A DNA stretch of 64,000 bases from Stegostoma tigrinum (Eukaryota): positions 10,316,421-10,380,420 of the forward strand of contig NC_081397.1 of assembly GCF_030684315.1 (NCBI RefSeq), read 5' to 3'. The notes under the pieces were generated by a model that ran no database searches, had not been told where the DNA came from, and saw nothing but the letters and a program-made list of their open reading frames with translations. Below, in pieces: positions 1 to 13,850 of the stretch. Both the position numbers and the translations under genes were made by a program. The stretch's first letter is position 1, and the number at the start of each line of letters is the position of its first letter.

Positions 1-245
1 CCACCACATTAACACTGACTTGATAATTGAGTCTCCAAATGCAGTGCTCATTATTATTTTATTATCGAAAAACAGTCCCTGGGTGTATTCCGGAGAGGAG
101 ACCTAGGGTACAGGCGCATGGTGCTTGAAAGAGAAGTCACAGGTACACACGATGGTGAAGGTGGTGTTTGGCACAGAACATTCAGTATAGGAGTGATGTC
201 ATGTCGTGGCTGTAGAGGACGTAGGTGAGGCCAGTTTTACAATGC

Positions 246-2083
246 TCCTCCAGCTGAAGGAGGATGATGGCTCGGTGACGTCGTCTCGTCCCGACATTTT
301 GAGGATCAGCAGATCCTTCTACGCCAGACTGTAGGACGCGAAGCCCATGGACAGAACGGCCTCTGAGTGGTTCCTGTCATCTATCACGAAGATCTTGGAC
401 AACGGCACTGTGGAGTGGCTGGACCGGCCAATATCCCTGGATGAGCTGACCAGAGCCCTCAAGTCCTTGGAGAGGAATAAGACTCTCGGAAGCAACAGCT
501 TACCGGTCGAGCTGTATTCCGCTCTGTGGGACCTGGTCGGCCAGGACATGCTGGAGGTGTACGATAGTGCGCTTCGGGCAGGGGCAATGTGCAAGTCCAT
601 GACGAAGGGCATCATCATCCTCATTTACAAGAGGAAGGGGGAGAGGGAAGAAATTAAGAATTGGCGTCCCATTTCATTATTGAACGTGGACTACAAAATC
701 CTGGCCAAGGTAATAGCCAACCGGGTCAGGTCTGTCCTGGAGTCGGCAATTCACCCTGACCAAACCTGTGCTGTGCCAGGCAGGAAGATCGCTGAGAGCC
801 TCGCGCTGATCAGGGATATGATCGCCTACATGCAGGACAGGAGGGTGGACACCTGCCTTGTCAGCCTGGACCAGGAGAAGGCCTTCGAAAGGGTCTCTCA
901 TGCTGACATGAGGGACATGCTCTCCAAATTGAGGTTCGGGGAGGGCAGCCGCAATTGGATCCGGCTGCTCTGCACCAACATCTTTAGCCTAGTCTTGATC
1001 AATGGGTGGGAATCAAACAGTTTACCCATCAGATCTGGAGTCAGGCAGGGCTGCCCGCTCTCTCCTGCCTTTTTCGTGCGCAATATTGGGCCCTTGGCCA
1101 GAACATCAGGGAGGACATGAGCCTTAAGGGCGTGACTATCCCAGGCAGCGGAGGCCTTCAGGTCAAAACCTCCCTGTACATGGACGATGTCGCCGTCTTC
1201 TGCACCGATCTTCGGTCGGTGAGTACGCTGTTGGACATCTGCGGCCAGTTTGAACTGGCCTCGGGTGCCAAAGTCAATAGGGGTAAGAGCGTGGCCATGT
1301 TCTTCAGGAACTGGGACGACCGCTCCTTCGCCCCTTCACCGTCAGGACAGACTACTTGAAGGTGCTGGGTGTTTGGTTCGGTGGAGGTGGGGTGTGCACT
1401 AAGACTTGGGAGGAGCATATCACCAAACTGAAGCAGAAGCTGGACAGGTGGACCCTCCGGTCCCCCTCCATCACGGGTAAGAACCTGTTTGTCAGGTGAG
1501 AGGGGCTTTCGGTACTGTTCTATGTGGCGCAGGCCTGGCCTATTCTCTGGACCTGCGCCGCTGCAGTCACCCGGGCCATCTTCCACTTCATTTGGGGGTC
1601 GAGGCTGGATGGACCAGGTCCGCAGGGACACCATGTACAAAGACCTGGAAAACAGGGGAAAGGGTGTACCGAACGCTAACCTCGCCCTGATGGCTACCTT
1701 TGTGTGTGGCTGCATCAAGCTGTGCGTAGATCCTCAGTCCGCAAACACCAAGTGTCACTGCATACCAAGGTTCTACCTGTCCACTGTGTTGCGATGGATG
1801 GGCCTGGCCTCGTTGCCGCAGAACGCTCTGCGTAGTTGGACCGTCCCGTACCACCTGTCCTTCGTGGAGAAATTTTTGAAACGCCTTTGACCACAAGGCC
1901 ACCAGGCAGTGGTCAGCACGTAATATCCTCGAGACCCTTCGGGAAAAGGAGAATGTGGATCCCGTCGTGTCGTTGCCCACGCAGACTGCCAAAGTCGATC
2001 AGCAGAATGCGTCATCACCAGAATTTTAAAAACAAGCACAAGGGCATTGCTTGGCTGGCGGTGAGAGGGGCTCTGCCGTGCAG
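246..2083 (+). mobile_element. Tx1/L1-clade LINE ORF2 fragment (RT), frameshifted
   Basis: KNWRPISLLNVDYKILAK, SLDQEKAF, GVRQGCPLSP and LYMDD motifs spread over several frames; truncated at both ends. Confidence 0.9.
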
Positions 2084-2915
2084 GACCTTGTCAAAGGCCT
2101 TACTAAAGTCCATACAGAGTACATCCACTGCCCTCCACTTGGTTCCCTCTTTGAAATGCTCAAAAATTTGTCAGATGTGCCTTCCCGCACACAAATCCGT
2201 GATGACTATCCTTAATCATACCTTGACTGTGTTCATTGATCCTGTCACTCGGTATCCTCTCCAATAACTTGCTTACTGCTGATGTTAGGCTCACTGGCTG
2301 GAAGTTCCCTGGCTTGTCTTAGCTCCATCTCTTAAACAATGGAAAACATTAGCCACCCTCCAGTATCCAGAACTTCACCAGTGGCTAAAAATGAGGCTAA
2401 AATCTCAGCAAGGGAAGGGCCTCTGCAATTTCTTTCTGAGCTTCCCACAAAATCTGAGGATGGACTTTATCAGGCCTTGGGAATTCATCCATCTTAAATA
2501 TGATCTAAGGCTGCAAACACTCACTCTCTGGTCATATATGTGCGGTACAAAATATCTCCACTTCCTTCCCTTATTTCCTCAGTATCCATGATTCTCTCCT
2601 CAGCAAACACTGAGGAGAAATATTCGTTAAAAATCCTCCTCTTCTGCTGTGGCTTCACACATGGACTACCAACCTGATCTTTAAGGGGACCTCCTTTCCC
2701 CAGCCAAGCTTTTAGTCTTAATATAGCCATGGAGCCTCTATAACCTTTTCTGCCAGATCCATTTCATGCCATCTTTTGCTCTTCTGATTTCCCTCTGATG
2801 TGTGCTTCTCCACTCTTTATAGTTATCTAGAGATTCACTTGAGCCTGATAGTTTAAACCCAATGTATGCCTTCTTCCCTTTCCTAACCAGATCCTCAATG
2901 TCCCTTGATATTTCA
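2084..2915 (-). mobile_element. Old CR1 LINE fragment
   Basis: Reverse strand encodes MDFSKAFDK at about 2085-2112 and FNEYFSSVF at about 2600-2630; heavily decayed. Confidence 0.75.
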
Positions 2916-2919
2916 GCTC

Positions 2920-4125
2920 ATCTGCCTCTATCATTTCTGTTGTCTGAAAGTGTGACATTATTAGTCTGTTCCTTTCAATCTGTGCTCTGTGAATGTGTGG
3001 GTGTAGTTCTCAATCCATGCCTGACAGTTTCTCCAAGAAAATGCATGAGTGTTGTTACTCGTACCTAAATGTCCATTCGGTGGTATCAATGTAAGAGTGC
3101 AGGCAGTACTCTGGACCTGCCAATTTCTGCTCTGCCAATACGTGAGTTTAGTTTCCGTTCGGCAGATGTGAGAATGTAGTTATCACACTGTACCTGGGAG
3201 ACTTTTGTTCTGTGACTATTTGAGTTCAGGTGTCACGCAGTACCTGCCAGTTTTTGTAGTTTGTGAAAACGAGAGTGTGGTTTTAAATCTGTGACTGTCA
3301 GTTTCTCCTAAGTCAGTTTGTTTGTACAATTATCAGCACATTCCTGAAAGATTATGCTGCATGAACGTGTAATTGTAGTTATCATTCTGTCCATATCTGT
3401 CTTTGCCTCGTGAATGTATGAGTGTATGTACTAATTTTTCCCCATCAGTCTCCTGTCACGTGAAAATGGGTGTTTAGTTATCAATCTGTTTATTTTCATA
3501 TGTGCTCTGCGAATGTTTGGCAGCAGTCATCACTCTGTATCTGTCAGGTTCTGCTTGATGAATAAATTTTAAGTCTATCCATGACAGTTTCTGTTATAAG
3601 AATGAGAGAATTTAGTTGTCACTCTATTTCTGCCAGGGTCTGCGATGTGAATGTCTGAATGCTTTTATCAGTTCTTTCCCTGTCAGTTTCTGTGACTGTG
3701 GATGCGAGAGTGTGGTTGTCAATTTATACTTGCCATTTTCTGGTATGTGATTATGAGAGTTTGGATATTAAACAGTGCTGGTCAGCTTCTGATGTGTCAA
3801 CATTTGAGTGCAGTTATCAATCTGTTCCTGACAGTTTCTGCTATGCAATAGGTGGGATTGAAGCTATCTGTTTGTCATTGTCAGTATTTACAGTGTGAAT
3901 GTATGAGTGTAGTTATCTATCTGTACATGTGAGATGCAGCTGACAAGATAATGTGAATGCAGTTTCCAATCTATGCCAGTCAGTTTCTGCTATGTTAAGA
4001 TATGAGGTTAGTTATCAATCTATGCCTGTGAGTTCCTGTTCTGTGAATGTACGACTGTAATTATCAGTCTCTCGCTCAAAGATTCCTCAATGTGAAGATG
4101 TGAGTTTAGTTATCGATCTGTACAC
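2920..4125 (+). repeat. Degenerate ~49-bp tandem minisatellite array
   Basis: Consensus about AGTTATCAATCTGTACCTGTCAGTTTCTGCTGTGTGAATATGAGAGTGT; unit starts at 3812, 3862, 3911, 3961, 4010, 4059, 4108. Confidence 0.9.
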
Positions 4126-4227
4126 TGGACCTTAAATGTTAACTCTATTTTCTTCCTCACAGATGCTGCCAGACCTGCTGAGCTTTTCCAGCACCTTGGT
4201 TTTTGTTCCCGATTTACAGCATCCGCA

Positions 4228-5268
4228 AATAACAAGGCGTGGGGCTGGATGAACACAGCAGGCCAAACAGCATCTTAGGAGCATAAAAGCTGACATCTCG
4301 GGCCTAGACCCTTCATCAGAAAAAGGAGGAGAGAGAGAGGACTCTGAAAGAGATAGGGAGAGAGGGGGAGGTGGACTGAAGATGGACAGAGGAGAAGATA
4401 GGTGGAGAGGAGAGTATGGGTGGGGAGAGGTCAGTCTGAGGAGGACGGACATGTCAAGGGGGCGGGATGAGGTTAGGAGGTAGGAAATGGAGGTTCGGCT
4501 TGAGGTAGGAGGAGGGGATAGGTGAGAGGAAGAACAGGTTCGGCAGGCGGGGATGAGCTGGGCTGGTTTCGGATGTAGTGGGGGGGGGGGAGGGGAGATT
4601 TTGCAGCTGGTGAAATCCACATCGATACCATTAGGCTGCAGGGTTCCCAAGCGGAGTATGAGTTGCTGTTCCTGCAACCTACGCATCGTTATGGCACTGC
4701 AGGATGCCCAAGATGGACATGTTGTCTAAGGATTGGGATGGGGAGTTGAAATGGTTTGCGACTGGGAGGTCCAGTTGTTATTGGCAAACCGAGTGTAGGT
4801 GTTCTGCAAAGCGGCCCCCAAGCCTCCGCTTGGTTTCCCCAATGTGGAGGTAGCCACAACGGGTACAGCGGATGCAGTATACCACATTGACGGATGGGCA
4901 GGTGAGCATCTGCTTGATGCGGAAGGTCATCTTGGGGCCTGTGATGCGGGTGAGGGAGGATGTGTGGGGGCAAGTGTAGCACTTCCTGCGGTTGCAGGGG
5001 AAAGCGCCAGGTCTGGTGGGGTTGGAGGAGAGTGTGGAGCAGACAAGGGAGTCGCGCAGAGTGGTCTCTCCAGATGGCAGACAAGGGTGGGGAAGGAAAA
5101 ATGTCTTTGGTGGTGGGGTCGAATCGTAGATGGTGCAAATGTCAGTGGATGATGTATTGTATCCAGACGTTGGTGGGGTGGTATGTGAGGACGAAGGGGG
5201 ATTCTCTTTTGGCAGTTATTGCGGGGGCAGGGTGAGGGTATGAGGTCATTCTCGACCACTGCGGGGGG
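4228..5268 (-). mobile_element. Penelope-like element 3' part (GIY-YIG endonuclease remnant plus pLTR), nested in a short repeat
   Basis: RRLQEQQLILRLGTLQPNGI and FPSPPLSA motifs; flanked by the 10-bp duplication AGCATCCG(C/T)A at 4218-4227 and 5269-5278. Confidence 0.88.
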
Positions 5269-5309
5269 AGCATCCGTAGTTCTTTCCATTTTTATTTTGT
5301 CCATTTAAG

Positions 5310-5736
5310 CTGTGTGATACAGAGAGTGAGGGTATCTATATGGGCCTTTCAGTTTCAGCTTTGTGAATGTCTGAGTGCAGATTTACTTTGCAGCTGTCAG
5401 TTTCTGCTCTGTGAATGTGAGAGTGTGTGTTGTCAACCTCGTCCTCACAATTTGTGCTGCGTGAATGAATGCAGTTATCTGTCTGTCTCTGCCACTTTCT
5501 GTTGTGTGAATGTGAGAGTGCAGGAATCAATCTGTACCACTCAGTCAATGCAATTGGAACGAGAGAGTGCAGGGATCACCCTATACATGTCAGTGTTATC
5601 ATCAACCTGTTCCTGTCAGTTTCTGCTCTCTGGGTACCTGAGTATAGATGTCATTCTCTTTCAATCAGTTTCTACTCAGTGAATATGTATCTGAAATTAT
5701 CAGTCTATCCACGACACTGTTTTGCTGTGTGAATGT
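5310..5736 (+). repeat. 49-bp minisatellite array (continuation)
   Basis: Repeated GTCAGTTTCTG / GTGAATGTGAGAGTG units. Confidence 0.8.
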
Positions 5737-8700
5737 TTAGACAATCGACGATAGGTGCAGGAGTAGGCCATTCGGCCCTTCAAGCTAATACCACCATTCA
5801 TTATGATCATGGCTGATCATCCACAATCAGTATGCTGTTCCTGCCTTATCCCCATAATCCTTAATTCCACTATCTTTAAGAGCTCTATCTGTCCCTTTCA
5901 TGAAACTATCCAGAGACTTGGCCTCCACTGCCTTCTGGGGCAGAGCATTCCATACATCCACCACTTTCTGGGTGAAGACATTTCTCCTCAACTCTGTTCT
6001 AAATGGCCTCCCTCTTATTTTTAAACTGTGTCCTCTGGTTCTGGACTCCCCCATCAACGGAAACATGTTTCCTGCCTCCAGAGTGTCCAAACCCTTAATA
6101 ATTTTATACATCTCACTCAGATTCCCTCTCATCCTCCTCAACTCAAGTGTACACAAGCCCAGTCACTCCAATCTTTCAACGTATGATAGTCCTGCCATTC
6201 TGGGAATTAACCTTGTGAACCTACGCTGCACTCCCTCAATAGCCAGAATGTCCTTCCTCAAATTTGGAGACCGAAACTGCACACAATACTCCAGGTGCGG
6301 TCTCACCAGGGCCCTGTACAGCTGCAGAAGGACCTCTTTGCTTCTATACTCAATTCCTCTTGTTATGAAGGCCAGCATGCTATTAGCTTTCTTCACTGCC
6401 TGCTGCACCTGCATGCTTGCTTTCATTGACTGATGTACAAGAACACCCAGATCTCGTTGAACTTCCCCTTTACCTAACTTGACTCCATTTAGATCGTAAT
6501 CTGCCTTTCTGTTCTTGCCACCAAAGTGGATAACCACACATTTATCCACATAAAACTGCATCTGCCATGCATCCGTCCACTCACCTAGCCTGTCCAAGTC
6601 ACCTGTATTCTCATAACATCTTCCTCACATTTCATCCTGCCACCCAGCTTTGTGTCATCAGCAAATTTGCTAATATTACTTTTAATGCCTTCATCTGTAT
6701 CATTAATGTATATTGTAAATAGCTGCGGTCCCAGCACCGAACCTTGTGGAACGCCGCTGATCACTGCCTGCCATTCCGAAAGGGACACGTTTATCACTAC
6801 TCTTTGCTTCCTGTCAGCCAGCCAATTTTCAATCCAAGCCAGTATTTTGCCCCCAATACCATGTGCCCGAATTCTACTCACTAATCTCCTATGTGGGACT
6901 TTATCAAAGGCCTTCTGAAAGTCCAGGTACACTACATCCACTGGCTCTCCCTTGTCCATCTTCATAGTTACATCCTCAAAAAAGTCCAGAAGATTAGTCA
7001 AGCACGATTTCCCCCTTTGTAAATCCATGCTGACTCTGCCCTATCCTGTTACTGCTATCCAAATAATTCGTAATTTCTTCCTTAATAATTGATGTCAGCA
7101 TCTTTCCCACCACTGACTTCAGGCTAACGGTCTATAATTCCCTATTTTCTCTTTCCCTCCTTTCTTGAAAAGTGGGACAACATTAGCCACCCTCCAATCC
7201 GCAGGAACTGATCCTGAATCTATAGAATATTAGAAAATAATTACCAATGCGTCCACGATTTGTGGAGCCACCACCTTAAGTACCCTGGGACGCAGACCAT
7301 CAGGTCTCAGGGACATATCAGCCTTCAGACCTAACAATATATCCAACACCATTTCCTGCCTAATATAAATTCCCTTCAGTTCATCCATTACCTTAGGTCC
7401 TTCAGCCACTATAACATTTGGGAGATTCGATCTGTCTTCACTAGGGAAGACACAAGGAAAGTACCTACTCAACTTCTGCCGTTTCCTTGTTCCCCATAAT
7501 AAATACACCCGTTTCTGACTTCAAGGGCCCAATTTTAGTCTGAACCATTTTTTTTCTTTTCACATTCCTAAAAAAACATTTACTATCCTCTGTATTAAGA
7601 TAATAAAATGTGAGGCTGGATAAAGACAGCAGGCCAAGCAGCGTCTCAGGAGCACAAAAGCTGACATTTCGGGCCTAGACCCTTCATCAGAGAGGGGGAT
7701 GGGGTGAGGGTTCTGGAATAAATAGGGAGAGAGGGGGAGGCGGACCGAAGATGGAGAGAAAAGAAGATAGGTGGAGAGAGTATAGGTGGGGAGGTAGGGA
7801 GGGGATAGGTCAGTCCAGGGAAGATGGACAGGTTAAGGAGGTGGGATGAGGTTAGTAGGTAGATGGGGGTGCGGCTTGGGGTGGGAGGAAGGGATGGATG
7901 AGAGGAAGAACACGTTAGGGAGGCAGAGACTGGTTGGACTGGTTTTGGGATGCAGTGGGTGGAGGGGAAGAGCTGGGCTGGTTGTGTGGTGCAATGGGGG
8001 GAGGGGACGAACTGGGCTGGTTTAGGGATGCGGTGGGGGAAGGGGAGATTTTGAAACTAGTGAAGTCCACATTGATACCATATGGCTGCAGGGTTCCCAG
8101 GTGGAATATGAGTTGCTGTTCCTGCAACCTTCGGGTGGCATCATTGTGGCTCTGCAGGAGGCCCATGATGGACATGTCATCGAAAGAATGGGAGGGGGAG
8201 TGGAAATGGTTTGCGACTGGGAGGTGCAGTTGTTTGTTGCGAACTGAGCGGAGGTGTTCTGCAAAGCGGTCCCCAAGCCTCCGCTTGGTTTCCCCAATGT
8301 AGAGGAAGCCACACCGGGTACAGTGGATGCAGTATACCACATTGGCAGATGTCCTTTATAATCCTCTTATATTTTTGGCCAGTGTGCCTTCGTACCTCAT
8401 TTTTTTCTCCATGTATTGCCTTTTTAGTTATCCTCTGTTGGTGTTTAAAACTGTCCCAGTCCTCCGGCTTCCCGCTCATCTTTGCTATGTTATACTACTT
8501 CTTTTTTATCTTTATACAGTCCTTAACTTCCCTTGTCAGCCACGGCCGACCCTGCCTCCCCATAGGATCTTTCTTCCTCTTTGGAATGAACGGATCCTGC
8601 ACCTTCTGCATTATATCCAGAAATACCTGCCATTGTTGTTCCACTGCCATCCCTGCGAGGGTATTGAACCACTGAACTTTGGCCAGCTCCTCCCTCATAG

Positions 8701-8935
8701 CTCCATAGTTCCCTTTGTTCAACGCCAATACTGACACTTCCGATTCTCCCTTCTCCCTCTCAAATTGCAGATTAAAACTTATCATATTATGGTCACTACT
8801 TCCTCATGGCTCCTCTACTTTGAAGTCCCTCATCAAATCTGGTTCATTGCACAACACCAGACCCAGAATTGCCTTCTCCCTGGTAGGTTCCAGTACCAGC
8901 TGTTCCAAGAATCCATCTCGGAGGCACTCCACATC
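5737..8935 (-). mobile_element. CR1 LINE, 5'-truncated, frameshifted, interrupted by a Penelope-like insertion
   Basis: [39 protein letters not shown] motifs; CR1 3' UTR near 5740-5830. Confidence 0.93.
7598..8352 (-). mobile_element. Penelope-like element 3' part inside CR1
   Basis: GIY-YIG remnant VYCIHCTRCGFLYIGETKRRLGDRFAEHL; pLTR at about 7600-7700. Confidence 0.9.
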
Positions 8936-9119
8936 AAGCTGTATCTGTCAGTTTCAGTTACAAGAGTCTTGACAGTGCAGTTATTACAGTTTTTAATACA
9001 TACTGATCAGGTACTCAACTACAACTGCAATCACGCCAATCCCCACTAATGGAGCTGCATCAAAACACTGTTCAAGTGAGCCATAACACACTGCAGCATC
9101 CAGAGCTGCGTAAAGCCGA

Positions 9120-12100
9120 GGAAGCACATTGACACCAACGACATAGGTAGGAAGAGAGATGGGGATTTAAGGCAGAAATTCAGGGAGCTCGGATGGAAGC
9201 TGAGAGCTAGGACGAACAGAGTTGTTGTGTCTGGTTTGTTGCCCGTGCCACGTGCTAGTGAGGCGAGGAATAGGGAGAGAGAGGAGTTGAACACGTGGCT
9301 ACAGGGATGGTGCAGGAGGGTGGGTTTTGGATTCTTGGATAATTGGGGCTCTTTCTGGGGTAGGTGGGACCTCTACAAGGAAGATGGTCTTCACCTGAAC
9401 CAGAGGGGTACCAATCTCCTGGGGGCAAAATTTGCTCAGCCTATTCGGGTGGGTTTAAACTAATTCAGCAGGGGGATGGGAACCAAAATTGTAGGTTGAG
9501 GATAGAAAAGGTTGAGAGTAGGGAGGTCAGAAATAAAGTTTCAGGGATGCAAGATGGCGCCGGCAAGCAAGAAGTTGCTTTGAAGTGTGTCTACTTCAAC
9601 GCCAGGAGCGTCTGGAATAAGGTGGGTGAACTTGCAGCATAGGTTAGTACCTGGGACTTCAATGTTGTGGCCATTTTAGAGACATGGATAGGGCAGGGAC
9701 AGGAATGGCTGTTGCAGGTTCTGGGATTTAGATGTTTCAGTAAGAACAGAGAAGATGGTAAAATGAGGGAGGTGTGGCATTGTTGGTCAAGGATTACAGT
9801 TGCAGAAAGCATGTTTGGGGACTCATCAACTGAGGTAGTATGGGCTGAGGTTAGAAACAGGAAAGGAGAGGTCACCCTGTTGGGAGTTTCCTATAGGCCT
9901 CCGAATAGTTCCAGAGATGTAGAGGAAAGGATAGCAAAGATGATTCTCGATAGGAGTGAGAGAGACTGGGTCGTTGTCATGGGGGACTTCAACTTTCCAA
10001 ATATTGACTGGGAACACTATAGTTCAAGTACTATAGATGGGTCAGTTTTTGTCCAGTGTGTGCAGGAGGGCTTCCTGACACAGTATGTAGATAGGCCAAC
10101 AAGGGGCGAAGCCACATTAGATTTGGTGCTGGGCAAGAGCCCGACCAGGTGTTGGATTTGGAAGTAGGTGAGCACTTCAGTGATCGCGATCACAATTCTG
10201 TTATGTTTACTTTAGTGATGGAAAAGGATATGTGTATACCACTGGGCAAGAGTTATAGCTGGGGGAAAGGCAATTACGATGAGATAAGGCAAGATTCAGG
10301 GAGCATAGGATGGGGAAGGAAACTGCAGGGGATGGGCACATTAGAAATGTGGCGTTTATTCAAGGAAAACCTCCTGTGTGTCCTACATAAGTATGTACCT
10401 GTCAGGCAGGGAGGAAGCTGTACGGCGCGGGAGCCGTGGTTTACGAAGGAGGTGGAATCTCTGGTAAAGAGGAAGAAGAAGACTTATGTTAGGATAAGAT
10501 GTGAAGGCTCAGTTAGAGTGCTTGAGGGCTACGGGGTAGCCAGGAAAGACCTAAAGAGAGAGCTCAGAAGAGCCAGGAGGAGACATGAGAAGTTGTTGGC
10601 GGATAGGATCAGGGTAAACCCTAAGGCTTTCTATAGGTATTTAAGGAATAAAAGAATGACAAAAGTAAGATGAGGGCCAATCAAGGATAGTAGCGGTAGA
10701 TTGTGTGGGGAGTCAGAGGAGATAGGGGAAGCACTCAATGCATATTTTTCAACAGTATTCACTCCTGAAAACAGCAATGTTGTCGAGGAGAATACTGAGA
10801 TACAGGCTATTAGACTGGGTGGGATTGAGGTTCACAAGGAAGAGGTATTAGAAATCCTACAGAGGGTGACGATAGATAAGTCCTCTGGGCCGGATGGCAT
10901 TTATCTGAGGATCCTCTGGGAAGCCAGGGAGGAGATTGCCGAGCCTTTAACGTTGATCTTTCACTCGTCATTGTCTGCAGGAATAGTGCCAGATGACTGG
11001 AGGATAGCAAATGTGGTTCCCCTGTTCAAGAAGGGGAGTAGAGACAACCCTGATAATTATAGATCAGTGAGCATTACCTCAGGTATTGGCAATGTGTTAA
11101 AAAGATTATAAGGGATAGGATTTATAATCATCTAGAAAAGAATAAATTGATTAGGGATAGTCAGCACGGTTTTGTGAAGGGAAAGGCGTGCCTCACAAAT
11201 CTTATTGAGTTCTTTGAGAAGGTGACCAAACAGGTAGATGAGAGTAAACCTGTTGATGTGTTGGATTTCAGCAAGGCATTCGATAAGGTTCCCCACAGTA
11301 GGCTCTTGTACAAAATGCGGAGGAATGGAATTGTGGGAGATATAGCAGTTTGGATCGGAAATTGGCCTGCTGAAAGAAGACAGAGGGTGGTAGTTGATGG
11401 GAAATGTTCATCCTGGACAGCAGTTACTAGAGGTGTACCGCAAGGGTCAGTGTTGGGTCCACTGCTGTTTGTCATTTTTATAAATGACCTGGATGAGGGC
11501 GTAGAAGGATGTGTTAGTAAATTTGCGGACGACACCAAGGTCGGCGGAGTTGAAGATAGTGACGAAGGATGCTGAAGGTTGCAGAGAGACATAGATAAGC
11601 TGCAGAGCTGGGCTGAGAGGTGGCAAATGGAGTTTAATGCAGACAAGTGTGAGGTGATGCACTTTGGTAGGAGTAACCAGAAGGCAAAGTACTGGGGTAA
11701 GATTCTTGGTAGTGGCGACGAGCAGATCGATCTCGGTGTCCACGTACACAGATCCTTGAAAGTTGCCACCCAGGTTGACAGGGCTGTTAAGAAAGCATAC
11801 AGTGTTTTAGCTTTTATTAATAGAGGGATCGAGTTCTGGAACGAAGAGGTTATGCTGCAGCTGCACAAAACTCTGGTGCAGCCGCACTTGGAGTACTGCG
11901 TACAGTTCTGGTCACCGCATTATAAGAAGGATGTGGAAGCTTTGGAAAGGGTACAGAGCAGATTTACTGGGATGTTGCCTGGTATGGAGGGAAGGTCTTA
12001 CGAGGAAAGGCTGAGAGACCTGAGGCTGTTTTCATTGGAGAGAAGAAGGTTGAGAGGTGACTTAATTGAAACATATAAAATAATCAGAGGGTTAGATAGA

Positions 12101-12410
12101 GTGGATAGGGACAGCCGTTTTCCTAGGATGGTGACAGCGAGCATGAGGGGGCATAGTTTTAAATTGAGGGGTGAAAGATACAGGACAGATGTCAGAGGTA
12201 GTTTCTTTACTCAGAGAGTGGTAAGGGAATGGAACGCTTTGCCTGCAATGGTAGTAGATTCGCCAACTTTAGGTACATTTAAGTCATCATTGGATAAGCA
12301 TATGGACGTGCATGGAATATTGTAGGTTAGATGGGCTTCAGATCGGTATGACAGGTTGGCACAACATCGAGGGCTGATGGGCCTGTACTGTGCAGTAATG
12401 TTCTATGTAA
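9120..12410 (+). mobile_element. Near full-length decayed CR1 LINE (ORF1 SGNH-esterase fragment, APE endonuclease, RT)
   Basis: ORF1 LNTWLQGWC...DGLHLNQRG; ORF2 [28 protein letters not shown]; TTCTATG-type tail; several stops and frameshifts. Confidence 0.93.
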
Positions 12411-12419
12411 GAACGCTGA

Positions 12420-13060
12420 TACAGTGTCTACAGAAATGACGGGGTTACCTGAAAAGCGTAGTCCTTCAACACCTGCACAGACGACAAATGGATAACACAA
12501 CACTTCCAGAGACACTGGTCTCCCCACCATACATGAAAAACATATCAGAAATGACCACCATATTACCCCGATCCAACAACCACAACTGACAGAACCAACG
12601 TTATTTGCGAGATATCGTGGACAGATGCCAAAAACATTACAAAGGCCAAACTGGTAGGAAGCTAGACATCACAATTCATAAACACCATCTAGCTACCAAG
12701 AGACATGGCCAACTATCACTCATCTCAATACACATGGACGAAGTGGGACACCGATTTGACTGGGACAACGTAGTCATCTGAGGACAAGTCAACCAAAGAC
12801 ATGCATGAGAATTCCTGGAGGCCTGATATTCAAACTGGAATGCCATTAACAAATGCATAGAGCAGGATCCCATATACCAACCACTGAGAAACAAATCCGG
12901 AAGTGATGTCAGCCACCCCAGCAAACTGCGGCACATAAACAGCCAGCAGGACACAACAGCAATGCATCACCAGAGGTGCACTGAAGGTATTATGTCGTAT
13001 GGTGACAAAATGTCTGTAAACAAGCAACAACAAGCTTGTCAAGCAATTCAACAACAGCAT
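12420..13060 (+). mobile_element. Penelope-like element, second lineage, GIY-YIG remnant
   Basis: Decayed GQTGRKL..IH.H.LATKRH..LSLISIHMD..GHRFDWDN..EFLEA. Confidence 0.75.
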
Positions 13061-13850
13061 GGTTATTCATCTGACCCCAACGGTTCCTGCAATGCAAGTG
13101 TGACAGCAGTTATCAATGGGTAGCTGCCAGTTTCTGCAATTTCAATGTCACTGTTATCAATCTCTGAGTTTCTGCTTGGTGACCATGTGTGCAGTTATCA
13201 ATAACAGCCTGTCGGCTTCTACTCTGTGAATATGAGAGTAGTTACCAAACTGTACCTGTCAGCTAATGCTTTGTAAAACTGGGAAGGCTGACTCCAGTAT
13301 CTGCAGCTCTTGCTATCTCTAAGGTTATCGTCAATCAGTTCCTATCAATTTCTTACGTATGGATATGTGCATGTCGAGCACCTGTACCTGTCAGTACCTC
13401 ATAATTTGCCAGTAAAGTTATCAATGTGTACCTGTGGGAATATACGTTGTGAATATTTGAGTATAGTCATCAAACTGTAACAGTCAGTTTTTTTTTAATC
13501 TGTGGATATGTGATTGCAGTTACAAATCTGTACCTGTCACTTTGTGGTCTATGAAATTGGGAGTTGTCATCAATATGTAGCTGCCAGTTTCTGCTGTGTG
13601 GATATGTGAAAGTAGCTACCGTTCAGTTGCTGTCAGTTTGCTATGTGAATGTGAGTGTTGTTTACGAACGTGTGCATACCAGTTGCTATGATGTGAATGT
13701 GTGAATATCTTTATTAATCTTTAGCTGTCCGTTTCTGCAATGTCAATGTGAGTCTCGTCATCATTTTTTTTTCATAAGCATTTGCAATACAAATGAGTGA
13801 GGTTAGGTATCAATCCATACCGGTCATTTTCTACTTGTAAAACTGGCTTA
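13060..13850 (+). repeat. 49-bp minisatellite array
   Basis: Repeated GTTATCAAT..GTACCTGTCAGTTTCTG units. Confidence 0.85.

Noticed and set aside
2920-4125. CRISPR-like pattern (conserved ~28 bp plus variable ~21 bp)
   Set aside because: The variable parts are homologous to each other (TGTGAAT..GAGTG), the repeats are degenerate, there are no cas genes, and the context is vertebrate. It is a minisatellite.
9120-12410. Possibly active CR1 element
   Set aside because: In-frame stops (e.g. about 9640 and 11573) and frameshifts split ORF2.
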